Source: an uncultured Chloroflexia bacterium
Lineage (GTDB): Bacteria; Chloroflexota; Limnocylindria; Limnocylindrales; CSP1-4
Direction of reading: 5' to 3'
NCBI GenBank assembly: GCA_963712745.1
Contig: CAVQJC010000006.1
Span: 1-64,000 of the forward strand
Length of the DNA: 64,000 nucleotides
A program made the position numbers and the translations under genes. The notes beneath the pieces are model-generated. The model did not search any database, had not been told where the DNA came from, and saw only the letters and a list, made by a program, of their open reading frames with translations. Below are positions 10,965-20,244 of this stretch, one piece after another (the stretch's first letter is position 1; the number at the start of each line of letters is the position of its first letter).

Positions 10965-11915
10965 TCAGTTGGACTGCAGCTCGATGTACTTGTCAGCCGT
11001 GGAGGCGTCGTACAGAATCTGGGTCGGGATGTCATACCCGATCGAGTAACCCGTGGCAGCCTTGAACAGCAGCACGACGGTGTCGTATCCCGCTGCATCC
11101 GGGTACGGCCAGATGGCGGCGTTGACATAGCCGTCCTTGACCTCCTGGGCCGTCGTCAGCGTGCCGCCCCAGCCCACGACCGGGATGGAGCCGGGCTCGA
11201 TGCCAGCAGCATCGAAGGCCCGCTGGATGTTCGTCATGACCAGGTCGCCGAGACCGATGATGGCATCCACCTCATCCGCGTTGGCGGTGAGGTAGTCGGT
11301 CATGTTCGAAAGCGAGAGGGCCGGTTCGTAGTTGGCGTCGAAGACCTCGTACTCGACCCCGAGCGGATCGAACACGCTGGCGATGCCCTCGGTCGCGAGG
11401 ACCTGGTAGGCCGCCCCGATAGTCTCGACCGGCATCCACACGTAGTCGCCTTCTCCGATGCCGAGATCGACGAGGTAGTTGGCCCAGGTCGTGCCCAGCA
11501 GGTGCAGATCGGCGCCCACGTAAGCATCACGTGCCGTCGTGGGGTCGTCCGTGTCGAGGAACACGACCGGGATGCCCTCTTCCTTGGCGGCGGCCACCTG
11601 GTCGACGAACAGTCCCGTCTGGGGGCTCGAGATGCCGATCCCGTCAGGCTGCGCGGCGATGGCGGCGTTCAGGTTCTCCGTCTGCACCGCCTTGTCGTCA
11701 ATGGAGAACGACATGTTGACCGTCACGCCCAGATCCTCGCCGGCCTGCATGGCGGCGTCACTGACGCCGACCCAGTATGGGTCTGCGGGCGAACCGTGTG
11801 TGACAAGGTAGAACGTCAGGCCATCAGCGTCATCCTGCGCCGACGCGGCCATGGGAGCGCCGACGACGAGGGCTACGGTGGTCAGGCCGACCAGGGCTCG
11901 TTGGGCTTTGTTCAT
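10965..11915 (-). CDS. sugar ABC transporter substrate-binding protein
   Basis: GGAGG RBS, signal peptide ending 'ASA/Q', 'THGSPADPYW', 'AAQPDGI', 'AYVGAD'. Confidence 0.92.
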   Translation of the reverse strand: MNKAQRALVGLTTVALVVGAPMAASAQDDADGLTFYLVTHGSPADPYWVGVSDAAMQAGEDLGVTVNMSFSIDDKAVQTENLNAAIAAQPDGIGISSPQTGLFVDQVAAAKEEGIPVVFLDTDDPTTARDAYVGADLHLLGTTWANYLVDLGIGEGDYVWMPVETIGAAYQVLATEGIASVFDPLGVEYEVFDANYEPALSLSNMTDYLTANADEVDAIIGLGDLVMTNIQRAFDAAGIEPGSIPVVGWGGTLTTAQEVKDGYVNAAIWPYPDAAGYDTVVLLFKAATGYSIGYDIPTQILYDASTADKYIELQSN

Positions 11916-12215
11916 ACCAACCTCCTCGTGCAGCGCTTCTAGCACCTGGGTGCGCACCGCGCCGCCTTATACGGGTCTTCCCAGGCCCGCAGGGCGACCT
12001 TCGTGAGTCCCTTGAAGGTCTGCGATGACCGTATTCCTCGGCATGGGGCGCGTCAAGTTGGGCCGGTCGCGAGTCCAAGCGGCCTTCGGGGCCCTTCGGC
12101 GCCAGGCGAGCTCGCGCGTGGACAAGAGCACCGGTAGCATCCTTCGTGTCTCGTGGGCGAGTTCGGCGTGGGTCGCCGGGTGCGCACGGACGATGAAGAC
12201 CCGAGGTGACCCATC

Positions 12216-13262
12216 ATGGCAGGGATGACATCGGTCGAGCGATGCCGGACGGTGCTCGACGGGGGAGTACCGGACCGCGTGCCGGTGGGCTTGCTCAACT
12301 TCATGCCCGCCGCCGCCATGGCAGGCATGACGCTCCCGGAATACTGCACTGATGGCGCTGCCATGGCGGAGGCACACATCGCCGCCTGGGAACGCTACGG
12401 GCATGACCTCATCGACCTCGAGAACGGGGTCGCAGCCCTTGCCAGCGCAGTCGGCTGCACGGTCGAGTTCGAGGAGGACACCTCACCTCCCTGGGTCACG
12501 GCACCCGCACTGGAGCGCATCGAGGACATCGACCGACTACGCCCCATCGACGTGGAGACCGATGGCATGTTGCCGGAGATGGTGAAGGCGACTCGCCTGA
12601 TCTCCGAGAAACTCGGTGACCGCGCGTTCCTGCTGGCTGAGGCAGACCAGGGTCCGTTCAGCCTGGCCACCCAGATCCTCGGCGCCGAGGAGTTGCTCAT
12701 CGCCACGATGGAGCCGGAGAAGGAGGAGTTGGTCAGACGACTGCTGGCCTACACCACCGAGCAGGTCATCACGTATGGGCGAGCCCTCATCGACGCGGGC
12801 GCCCACCTGACCGGCATGGGCGAGTCCATCGCCGGCCCCGACGTGTGCTCGCCCGACATCTACCGGCGTTTTGCCCTGCCCTACGAGCGCCAAGTCGTGG
12901 ACAGACTCGCGGCAGAGGGCAAGACCATCAGCCTGCACATCTGCGGCAACACTGCGCTGATCGCTGATGACATGGTCGAAACGGGGTCTCCCCTGTTGGC
13001 CATCGACTTCAAGACCGACCACGCCATCACCAAGAAGGCGACACGAGGTCGCACGGCGGTCATCGGAACGGTCGATCCAAGCGCCGTCATGACGCACGGG
13101 ACCCCCGATGACGTCCGAGCCGCGGCCAGGGCGGACATGCAGGCCCTGGCTGGCGGTGGCGGCTTCATCCTCGCTCCCGGCTGCGCCCTCCCCTACACGG
13201 CACCGGACGAGAACATCCGTGCGCTGGTGGAGACGGCCCAGGCCGAGGGCTGGTACGACTGA
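12216..13262 (+). CDS. uroporphyrinogen decarboxylase / MtaA-CmuA family protein
   Basis: 'PDRVPV', 'GPFSLA', 'SPDIYRRFALPY', Zn ligands 'LHICG' and 'FILAPGC'. Confidence 0.9.
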   Translation: MAGMTSVERCRTVLDGGVPDRVPVGLLNFMPAAAMAGMTLPEYCTDGAAMAEAHIAAWERYGHDLIDLENGVAALASAVGCTVEFEEDTSPPWVTAPALERIEDIDRLRPIDVETDGMLPEMVKATRLISEKLGDRAFLLAEADQGPFSLATQILGAEELLIATMEPEKEELVRRLLAYTTEQVITYGRALIDAGAHLTGMGESIAGPDVCSPDIYRRFALPYERQVVDRLAAEGKTISLHICGNTALIADDMVETGSPLLAIDFKTDHAITKKATRGRTAVIGTVDPSAVMTHGTPDDVRAAARADMQALAGGGGFILAPGCALPYTAPDENIRALVETAQAEGWYD

Positions 13263-13302
13263 GCACGACTCTCGGTCGATCGCACCACTCCCTGGCGGTC
13301 GA

Positions 13303-14223
13303 TCATGGCTGGTCTGCCATCGACGCTTGGGCGCGGCCTCGGTGCGCGATCGCGGCGCCGATCATCCCGGCCTCGCTGCCCAGACGAGCCCACAGGACGG
13401 GTGGCGAACCGGACCGGACTCGCGCTCGTTCGAGATAGGCCGCCTCGACGGTCTCGCGCCATCGCGCACCCGACGAGGAAACGCCCCCTCCGAGCACCAA
13501 GGCCTCCGGGTCGAGCAAGCGTACGACCGTGGCCAGTCCCGCACCGATCGCTCGCGCCGCCGAGCTGACGATGCCATCCGCGAGCTCATCCCCGCTAGAG
13601 GCGCGTGCGAACACGTCGACTGCGCCGCCCGCCGCTCCTCCGCTCTGGGCCACGTAGCGCTCCCTGATGGCGTCACCCGACGCGTAGCGTTCAAGGGAAA
13701 GGCTCGTGTGGGGGTCCACGCTTCGAGACACCTCAAGCTCCCCGAACGCGATAGCCTCACCTCGCGCCCCGGCCCACGCGCGACCGTCCTTGACGAACGC
13801 ATGCGACAGGCCTGTGCCCACAGACACGAGAACATAGCTCGCGATCCCCTGGGCGACGCCAAGGGCGCCCTCGCCGAGGGCCGCGCAGCGAACGTCGGAC
13901 TCGATGGTGGCCGGAGCGATGTCAGCGAGCAACTCGAGGGGCTGCGTCGTCCACTCGAGCACCTCGTGGCTGCTCAGCCGGCCGTTCGGATCGACGTACT
14001 CCGGGAAGCCGGCGCCGATGCCATCCACGGCCAAGCCCAACTCGGAAGCGAAGCCGGCAAGCTCCATGGCCACCTGTCTGGTGACGCGCAGCCCGGGGTC
14101 GCGCCGCCCATCGACGAGCGAAGATCGCTGTCTGACCTCGATGAACTCGTTAGCAGTGGTAAGCAGCCCGCCTGCGACCTTGGTGCCGCCAACGTCGAGC
14201 CCGATAGTGGCGTTCCCGATCAT
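13303..14223 (-). CDS. ROK family sugar kinase
   Basis: 'GLDVGGTK', 'ESDVRCAALGE', 'VGTGL', 'LERYASG', 'LDPEALVLGGG'. Confidence 0.9.
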   Translation of the reverse strand: MIGNATIGLDVGGTKVAGGLLTTANEFIEVRQRSSLVDGRRDPGLRVTRQVAMELAGFASELGLAVDGIGAGFPEYVDPNGRLSSHEVLEWTTQPLELLADIAPATIESDVRCAALGEGALGVAQGIASYVLVSVGTGLSHAFVKDGRAWAGARGEAIAFGELEVSRSVDPHTSLSLERYASGDAIRERYVAQSGGAAGGAVDVFARASSGDELADGIVSSAARAIGAGLATVVRLLDPEALVLGGGVSSSGARWRETVEAAYLERARVRSGSPPVLWARLGSEAGMIGAAIAHRGRAQASMADQP

Positions 14224-14471
14224 GCGCCGACGCTCAGATCGTCGGATCGAAATCCCAGGCCAAGGATGGACGCTGCGCCCTGCGCATCCGAGCAGCGTAG
14301 CCCGAGCCTCGTGTCCTGGCCCGCGATGAAGATGTCGCGGCCCTTCCCGACCTCGTCCTCTACGAACCCCAGGGCTTTGTCAGTCCGGCCGATGGGCGCC
14401 GCCGTTCGAGCGCTCGACGACAACGGAGCCGCGTAGGGGAGGCGGGGCGTCCGGTCCTGTTCGTCTGCCAT
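14220..14471 (-). pseudogene. short ORF, probably a remnant, coupled to the ROK gene
   Basis: RBS-like gaaggg before ATG; stop overlaps the ROK ATG; end 'GAASILGL' resembles an amidohydrolase C-terminus. Confidence 0.3.
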
Positions 14472-14683
14472 GCGCGACCGTTCCCTTCTCGCTGGTAGGC
14501 CCATCATATCGGCGGCTCCGGTCGCGACGGAACGCGCATCCGCGGAGGCAACGGTACCGAGGCGCATCCATGGCTAGCCGGCCCCATCGGAGCGGTCGCG
14601 GCCGGGCAGGAGCAGAGATCGTCGCCGGCCCGGGGACTCGTTGCCCGGTGAGGCATCATGGTCGAGGAGACGAGGGTGACGAC

Positions 14684-15466
14684 ATGACCGAGGTCCGGGT
14701 CTTTCGGGACGCCGCCGCGTTGGGTGCCTCGCTGGCCGACGAGATCGTGGCCGGCATCGATGAGGCCCGAGCAGGCGGGCGGCGCTACGTCCTCGGCTGC
14801 CCCGGCGGCCGTAGCGCTCGATCGACGTACCAGGCCCTGGCTGAGCGCGTGACCGGTGCCGACCTGGGCCATCTCGTCATCGCCATGATGGACGACTACG
14901 TACAGCGCGGAACCCAGGGTGGCTGGCAGCACGTGGCGGCTGACGCGCACTACAGCTGTCGGCGCTTCGCCCGTGTCGAGATCGTGGCTCCGTTGAATGT
15001 AGCGGCCGCCATCGGCGTACCCCGAGAGCACGTATGGCTGCCTGACCCGGCTGATCCAGCGGCCTACCGCCGTCGCCTGGAGGATGCCGGAGGGGTCGAC
15101 CTGTTCATCGTCGCGACGGGCGCGAGTGACGGACATGTGGCCTTCGTGAAGCCCGGGACCCCGCTCGAGAGCGATGTCTCCATCATCCCTCTGGCCCAGA
15201 CCACGCGACAGGACAACATGGCCACGTTCCCGGACTTCGCGTCGCTCGATGAGGTTCCCGACCACGGCGTCTCGGTCGGGCTGGGGACCATCCGTGCCGT
15301 CTCCAGGCGCGTGCGATTGATCATCATCGGCGAGGGCAAACGCCTGGCTGCCCAACGAACCATCAAGGCCGCAGATTTCGACCCCAGCTGGCCGGCCACG
15401 TTCATCCATCGCTGCAGCGATGCCCAGATCTGGGTCGACGAGGCCGCCTACCCGAGCGGTTCGTAG
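14684..15466 (+). CDS. glucosamine-6-phosphate deaminase (NagB)-like protein
   Basis: 'LGCPGGRS', 'MMDDY', 'GASDGHVAF', 'TRQDN', 'GLGTI', 'WPATFI'. Confidence 0.85.
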   Translation: MTEVRVFRDAAALGASLADEIVAGIDEARAGGRRYVLGCPGGRSARSTYQALAERVTGADLGHLVIAMMDDYVQRGTQGGWQHVAADAHYSCRRFARVEIVAPLNVAAAIGVPREHVWLPDPADPAAYRRRLEDAGGVDLFIVATGASDGHVAFVKPGTPLESDVSIIPLAQTTRQDNMATFPDFASLDEVPDHGVSVGLGTIRAVSRRVRLIIIGEGKRLAAQRTIKAADFDPSWPATFIHRCSDAQIWVDEAAYPSGS

Positions 15467-15549
15467 CTCACAGCAGCCTCGATCCACTGGTCGGCAGTCC
15501 CGTCCTGCATGGCTTGCGCATCGGACGATCCGAGATCTCAAGACGAAGA

Positions 15550-15564
15550 CCTGGAGGATCCAGG
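15550..15564. terminator. short hairpin between convergent genes
   Basis: cctgga-gga-tccagg, no U-tract. Confidence 0.25.
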
Positions 15565-15846
15565 TCAGATGTGTCGGTGCAGATCGCTCTCGGGGCTGGT
15601 TTCGAGTTCGTCGTCCCGTGGCGCCTGTTCCCATCCCATCTGCTCGGCCTGATCATGGGTGAGGCTCAGATGGATGGTCTCGTGTTCCACATTGGCGATG
15701 TAGGAGACCGGGACATACAGGTCAGCACTGAAGCCGGACCGGGATGTGAGGATGTAGTTCTGTCCCACGTCCTTGACCGCACCCAACCGGCGTCCGTCGT
15801 TGCCCAGGACAGCCCAGCCTGCCCGGAAGTCCGTCATCCGCATCAT
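15565..15846 (-). CDS. small DUF2171/PRC-barrel-like protein
   Basis: 'GWAVLGNDGRRLGAVKDV...LYVPVSYIANV...IHLSLT'; GAGG RBS and TATGCT -10 upstream. Confidence 0.75.
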   Translation of the reverse strand: MMRMTDFRAGWAVLGNDGRRLGAVKDVGQNYILTSRSGFSADLYVPVSYIANVEHETIHLSLTHDQAEQMGWEQAPRDDELETSPESDLHRHI

Positions 15847-16019
15847 GGCACCTCGTGGAACGTCGCCCTCAGCATAGCGACGGGCGGACCCGCCTGACAG
15901 CCTGCGTCACGGGCGGCCAAGCTCGTGGCCGTCACGATACCCCTGGAGTGCCCCTCGAGTACGTCGTGTCGGTTGTCACGGCAAAGGCTGCCGCAGCGGA
16001 CTTCAGGTGCTCCGTCGCG

Positions 16020-16838
16020 CTACGTGACCACCTCCGAGCCGGAGTCCGACTTCACGCGTTCGCCTGACCTGGGTGAGTGGCCCTCAGCGGGCGATGACGT
16101 GGCCAGATCCGCCGCGGGCCAAACGACCGCCACGGGCTGAGGTTCGCCCGTGCCGGATCCAGGACCGTTCGACGCGTGGCTGGGCGTGGAGCCGTCGACC
16201 CGGTGGCTCAGCCAGTCGGGATGGTGGACGACTCGACCGCCAGCCCGATAGGCGGCTCGAATGCGGTCAGCATCGGGCGTTGGGACATCGAGCAGCTCGT
16301 GCCAGTGCGACCGTTGCTCCGCCATGTGCTGAGCGACGAGTGCACCCGCGTCGACCGGACGCGGCGGCGGAACTGCGGCCACCGCTGGCCGGGGCACCGG
16401 CGCGTGCGCGATGGGCACCCTGGCCAGCCCGGGCGGGAGTCTGCCCGATGCCAAGGGCGCCGGCAACGGGGCCACTGGGGGAGGCATGCCGGGCATGAAG
16501 GGCGGCGGTGCAGGGATGGGGGGATCGCGATAGGAGATACGGACGCCCGCGGGCGGACGGGGTGCCACGGCGAGAGTGTCGCGGGAGATCGGATCGCGGA
16601 TCGGCGGGACCGTAGGCTCCCGGACGGCGGCCTGCTCGGCCGCCCGATCCGGGGGCAAGCGTGTCTGCATCGTGATCTTGCCGTCCCATGATTCGACCGC
16701 GTCGTAGCCGAGGTACTCGCTGGCGCGGATGGCACCCTTCGGCTTCCGTTTCCTGCACGAGTAGCACTTCCGCGCCGAGAGGTTGTTGAGACTCTGGCAG
16801 TTGCCGCAGAGCCACCAGTCTGCCTCGCCCATGGTCAT
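16020..16838 (-). CDS. protein with an N-terminal RanBP2-type zinc finger and a Pro-rich tail
   Basis: 'DWWLCGNCQSLNNLSARKCYSCRKRKP' fits W-x-C-x2-C-x3-N-x6-C-x2-C. Confidence 0.7.
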   Translation of the reverse strand: MTMGEADWWLCGNCQSLNNLSARKCYSCRKRKPKGAIRASEYLGYDAVESWDGKITMQTRLPPDRAAEQAAVREPTVPPIRDPISRDTLAVAPRPPAGVRISYRDPPIPAPPPFMPGMPPPVAPLPAPLASGRLPPGLARVPIAHAPVPRPAVAAVPPPRPVDAGALVAQHMAEQRSHWHELLDVPTPDADRIRAAYRAGGRVVHHPDWLSHRVDGSTPSHASNGPGSGTGEPQPVAVVWPAADLATSSPAEGHSPRSGERVKSDSGSEVVT

Positions 16839-16953
16839 CCTAGGTTAAGCACACCAGACCGCCCCGGACTCCCCTGGGGCCTGGCGGAACGGCCGGCCTG
16901 GTGACAGAACGCACCAGCAGCTCCGGCGCGGCGACCACGCAGGCCGGAGACTG

Positions 16954-16999
16954 CGGGCCGTCGGGCCGGCTGCGAGCGGGCCGTCGGGCCGGCTGCGAG
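16954..16999. repeat. 2 x 23-bp tandem repeat in a divergent intergenic region
   Basis: cgggccgtcgggccggctgcgag twice. Confidence 0.8.
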
Positions 17000-17042
17000 T
17001 CGGCTCCGCTCCCCCACCTGTGCCTGCGCATACCATGGGACC

Positions 17043-18107
17043 ATGCCCGCCTTCGAGCTTGGTCTGTACACCTTCGGCGATATCACACCCGATCCGGCCG
17101 CCAAGGCGATCACGCCCGCCGAACGGCTGCGCGATGTCGTCGAGGAAGCCCGCCTGGCCGATGAGGTCGGCCTCGACGTCTTCGGCGTGGGCGAGCACCA
17201 CCGCCCTGACTTCCCGATCTCGGCTCCTGCCGTCGTCCTGGCCGCCATCGCTGAACGCACCAGGCGGATCCGCCTGTCGAGCGCCGTGAACGTCCTGTCG
17301 TCGGATGATCCGGTGCGCGTCTTCCAAGGGTTCTCGACCGTCGACCTCCTGTCCGGCGGGCGCGCCGAGATCATGGCCGGACGCGGCTCCTTCGTGGAGT
17401 CGTTCCCGCTCTTCGGGTACGACCTCCAGGACTACGACAGCCTGTTCGCCGAGAAGCTGGAGATGCTGATCGCGTTGCGGGCCTCCGAGCGCATCACGTG
17501 GTCGGGACGACATCGCGCACCCATCGACGATCGCGGCGTCTATCCAAGGCCGATCCAGGATCCGCTGCCGGTCTGGGTCGCGGTGGGAGGGACTCCGCAG
17601 TCGGCGGTCCGGACCGGGCTCCTGGGCCTGCCCATGGCGCTCGCCATCATCGGCGGCGAGCCGGCGCGCTTTGCCCCCTTCGCAGAGCTGCATCGACGCG
17701 CCGCGCTCGAAGCTGGCCACGGCCACGTGCCCATGAGCATCAACTCGCATGGTTTTCTCGCCGATGACTCGCAGGCCGCCTCAGACGCCGCCTGGCCGGC
17801 GACGAAGCTCATGACGGACCGCATCGGCCGGGAGCGCGGCTGGGCGCCGATGACGCGTGAGGCCTATGAGGCCGGCCACCGTCTCGAGGGTCACACCTTC
17901 ACGGGGAGCCCCGCCCAGGTCATCGACAAGATCCTGTACCAGCACGAGATCTTCGGGCACCAGCGGTTCCTGATGCAGTTCATCGTGGGCTCGCTGGCAC
18001 ACGCACAGGTCATGCGGGCGATCGAGCTGTTCGGCTCGGAGGTGGCACCGGTGGTACGGGCTGAGATCGCACGCAAGACGGCCGTGCAGCCTTCACCGCC
18101 CGACTGA
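17043..18107 (+). CDS. LLM class flavin-dependent oxidoreductase
   Basis: 'FGVGEHH', '[11 protein letters not shown]', '[13 protein letters not shown]', 'AVGGTPQS'. Confidence 0.93.
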   Translation: MPAFELGLYTFGDITPDPAAKAITPAERLRDVVEEARLADEVGLDVFGVGEHHRPDFPISAPAVVLAAIAERTRRIRLSSAVNVLSSDDPVRVFQGFSTVDLLSGGRAEIMAGRGSFVESFPLFGYDLQDYDSLFAEKLEMLIALRASERITWSGRHRAPIDDRGVYPRPIQDPLPVWVAVGGTPQSAVRTGLLGLPMALAIIGGEPARFAPFAELHRRAALEAGHGHVPMSINSHGFLADDSQAASDAAWPATKLMTDRIGRERGWAPMTREAYEAGHRLEGHTFTGSPAQVIDKILYQHEIFGHQRFLMQFIVGSLAHAQVMRAIELFGSEVAPVVRAEIARKTAVQPSPPD

Positions 18108-18220
18108 TCAGCGGATCACCTGGTCCGCCGGGACGAATACGAGGGAACAGTACGGACCCTTGCGGGGCCTCATACGATTCAGAGGCACTCGAGATCCGAG
18201 CGCCCATGGTGTGGGGGAGC

Positions 18221-18772
18221 ATGGACACGAGGCTCGTGGTCCGGGCGCAGCAGGGGGATGAGGTGGCGTTTGCCGCCATCGTGCAGGCTGCCCACGGGCG
18301 GTTCAAGCAGGTGGCATACCGCATCCTGCGCGACTCGCATCTAGCCGAAGACGCGATGCAGCAGGCCCTCATCGACATCTGGCGCAAGCTACCAACGCTG
18401 CGTGATCCGGAGCGCTTCGATGCCTGGAGCTACCGCTTCCTCGTCAACGCCTGCTACCGGGAGGGCAAACGGTACCGGGAGTCGTATCGCGTACTCCCGG
18501 GCATCCTCGAGAGCATCGATCCCGACGTGACGCGAGGCGTCAACGACCGCGACCAACTCGAGCGCGGCTTCCAGCGCCTGTCGCTCGATCATCGGTCGGT
18601 CGTGGTGATGCACTACTACCTGGACCTGACCATCGAGGACACTGCGGAAGCGCTGGACATCTCGGTCGGCACAGCCAAGTCCCGCCTCAACCGCGCCATG
18701 ACCAGATTGCGCCTGGCGCTGGAGGCCGACCTCCCCACCTCGAACCAGCCAGATCGGGAGCGAGTGGCATGA
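18221..18772 (+). CDS. ECF RNA polymerase sigma factor
   Basis: 'AEDAMQQA' (region 2), 'ISVGTAKSRLNRA' (region 4); GGGGAG RBS. Confidence 0.92.
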   Translation: MDTRLVVRAQQGDEVAFAAIVQAAHGRFKQVAYRILRDSHLAEDAMQQALIDIWRKLPTLRDPERFDAWSYRFLVNACYREGKRYRESYRVLPGILESIDPDVTRGVNDRDQLERGFQRLSLDHRSVVVMHYYLDLTIEDTAEALDISVGTAKSRLNRAMTRLRLALEADLPTSNQPDRERVA

Positions 18773-20181
18773 ACACCGAACACCCCGACCACGGCCCCAT
18801 CGTCGAAGCTTGGCTCAAGGAGCCTGTCTGGCTGCCGCCGAGCGACACCGCTCGCATCGCGCAGCTGGTCCATCAGACACCACAACAGCGCCGCTGGTGG
18901 CGGCGGACCATCACAGGAGGTTCCCAGTCCATGTTCAACGCGATCAGGTTCGTCGTGGCCGGCGTCATCGTGGCAGCCTTCGGCGGCTTCATGCTTTCCG
19001 GCTACCTTCCCTCGCAGCAGGAGAACGCGCAGCTGCCTGCCGCGGTGGCAGCTTCGCCGGGGGCTGATACGCCTTCGGCCGCGCCGAGTGAGATAGCTGA
19101 GACCGCCGAACCGGTCGACCCGGAGCTGCTGGCGGGCGCCCTGGTCATGGAACCTGGCAGCGGCGAGACGGTGGCTGGCTTCACCCAGATCGGCCGGCTG
19201 AGCGCCAACGGTGATCCCCGCTTCGGCGAGCTCCAGGATCTGCAGTCGGTCGGCGAGCGGCTGGTCGCGAGGAGCTCGGTCAACGAGTCCAAGGAGGCGC
19301 ACCACGACGTCATCCTGCATTCGCGCGACGGCCTGACCTGGCTGCCTGCGACGGTCCCCGGCGATGACCCGGTGTTCGAGGACCTCGCTTCGTCTGGCAC
19401 GGGTCTCATGCTGGCCGGCTCGACCCTGGTGGACGGGAAACGAGAGGCCGCGCTCTGGACCAGCAGCGATGGCGTCGCTTGGACTGTGGTACCCGCGCCT
19501 GCTGTGAGCCGGATCGACCAGATCGTCCTGGCGGGGGACCCGACGGTCGTCCGGACCGGCAATCGGGTGTGGGTCGATGGCGACGGCGGCGAATGGTCCA
19601 TCTGGAACAAGGTGCCCAACTCGTCGATCCTGCACGGCCCCGGTGGCCTTCTCACGTGGCAAGGCGGCGGACAGGACCAGACCGTCCCGACCTGGGTGCT
19701 CCACAACCAGGACACCCAGAGTCCGACGACCGAGGTGGTCCTGCCCGAGGCGCTGCAGTGGAACGTCGTGGGACCCAATCCGCCCAACATGGGGATCGGG
19801 GTCTTCGCTCTCGACGACGAATGGGTCATGGTCGGGAGCGAGGCCAAGGCGCCCGACACCATCCATGTCAGCGCCAACGGGCTCGACTGGCAGGACGTGC
19901 CGCGGCCTCCGGGGATGTCGGAAGGCGCGGTCCGCTGGATGGCGCAGGTGGGTGATCAGGTCCAGGCCTTCGGGACAGTCGCGGGTGAGGACAGCACCCA
20001 TGGCGCGATCTGGACCTGGCGGCTTGGCGAGCCGGTCGGCCAGCCCGAGACCCTCGAGGGCACCGGCGATGAGTGGATCGATGCCCCGGTCGCGTGGCAG
20101 GGTGGCTACATGGCCACCGGCTACGAGCGGAATCGCGACCAGTACCTGACGCTGTGGCAGATGGGGGCAGTCGACGGCTAG
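18769..20181 (+). CDS. putative anti-sigma factor: one TM helix and an extracytoplasmic beta-rich domain
   Basis: ATGA overlap with the sigma gene; TM 'FVVAGVIVAAFGGFML'; repeats 'SRDGLTW', 'SSDGVAW', 'SANGLDW'. Confidence 0.7.
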   Translation: MNTEHPDHGPIVEAWLKEPVWLPPSDTARIAQLVHQTPQQRRWWRRTITGGSQSMFNAIRFVVAGVIVAAFGGFMLSGYLPSQQENAQLPAAVAASPGADTPSAAPSEIAETAEPVDPELLAGALVMEPGSGETVAGFTQIGRLSANGDPRFGELQDLQSVGERLVARSSVNESKEAHHDVILHSRDGLTWLPATVPGDDPVFEDLASSGTGLMLAGSTLVDGKREAALWTSSDGVAWTVVPAPAVSRIDQIVLAGDPTVVRTGNRVWVDGDGGEWSIWNKVPNSSILHGPGGLLTWQGGGQDQTVPTWVLHNQDTQSPTTEVVLPEALQWNVVGPNPPNMGIGVFALDDEWVMVGSEAKAPDTIHVSANGLDWQDVPRPPGMSEGAVRWMAQVGDQVQAFGTVAGEDSTHGAIWTWRLGEPVGQPETLEGTGDEWIDAPVAWQGGYMATGYERNRDQYLTLWQMGAVDG

Positions 20182-20244
20182 TCCTGCCTGGGGGCGGCTG
20201 CCCGCCCGCCACGGCCTCGCGCGATCGTTCCAGGCGTTGTCCTG

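Noticed and set aside
11960-12210. Cobalamin riboswitch near the MtaA-like gene
   Set aside because: Only 'tgggaag' matches; the B12 box and other core motifs are missing.
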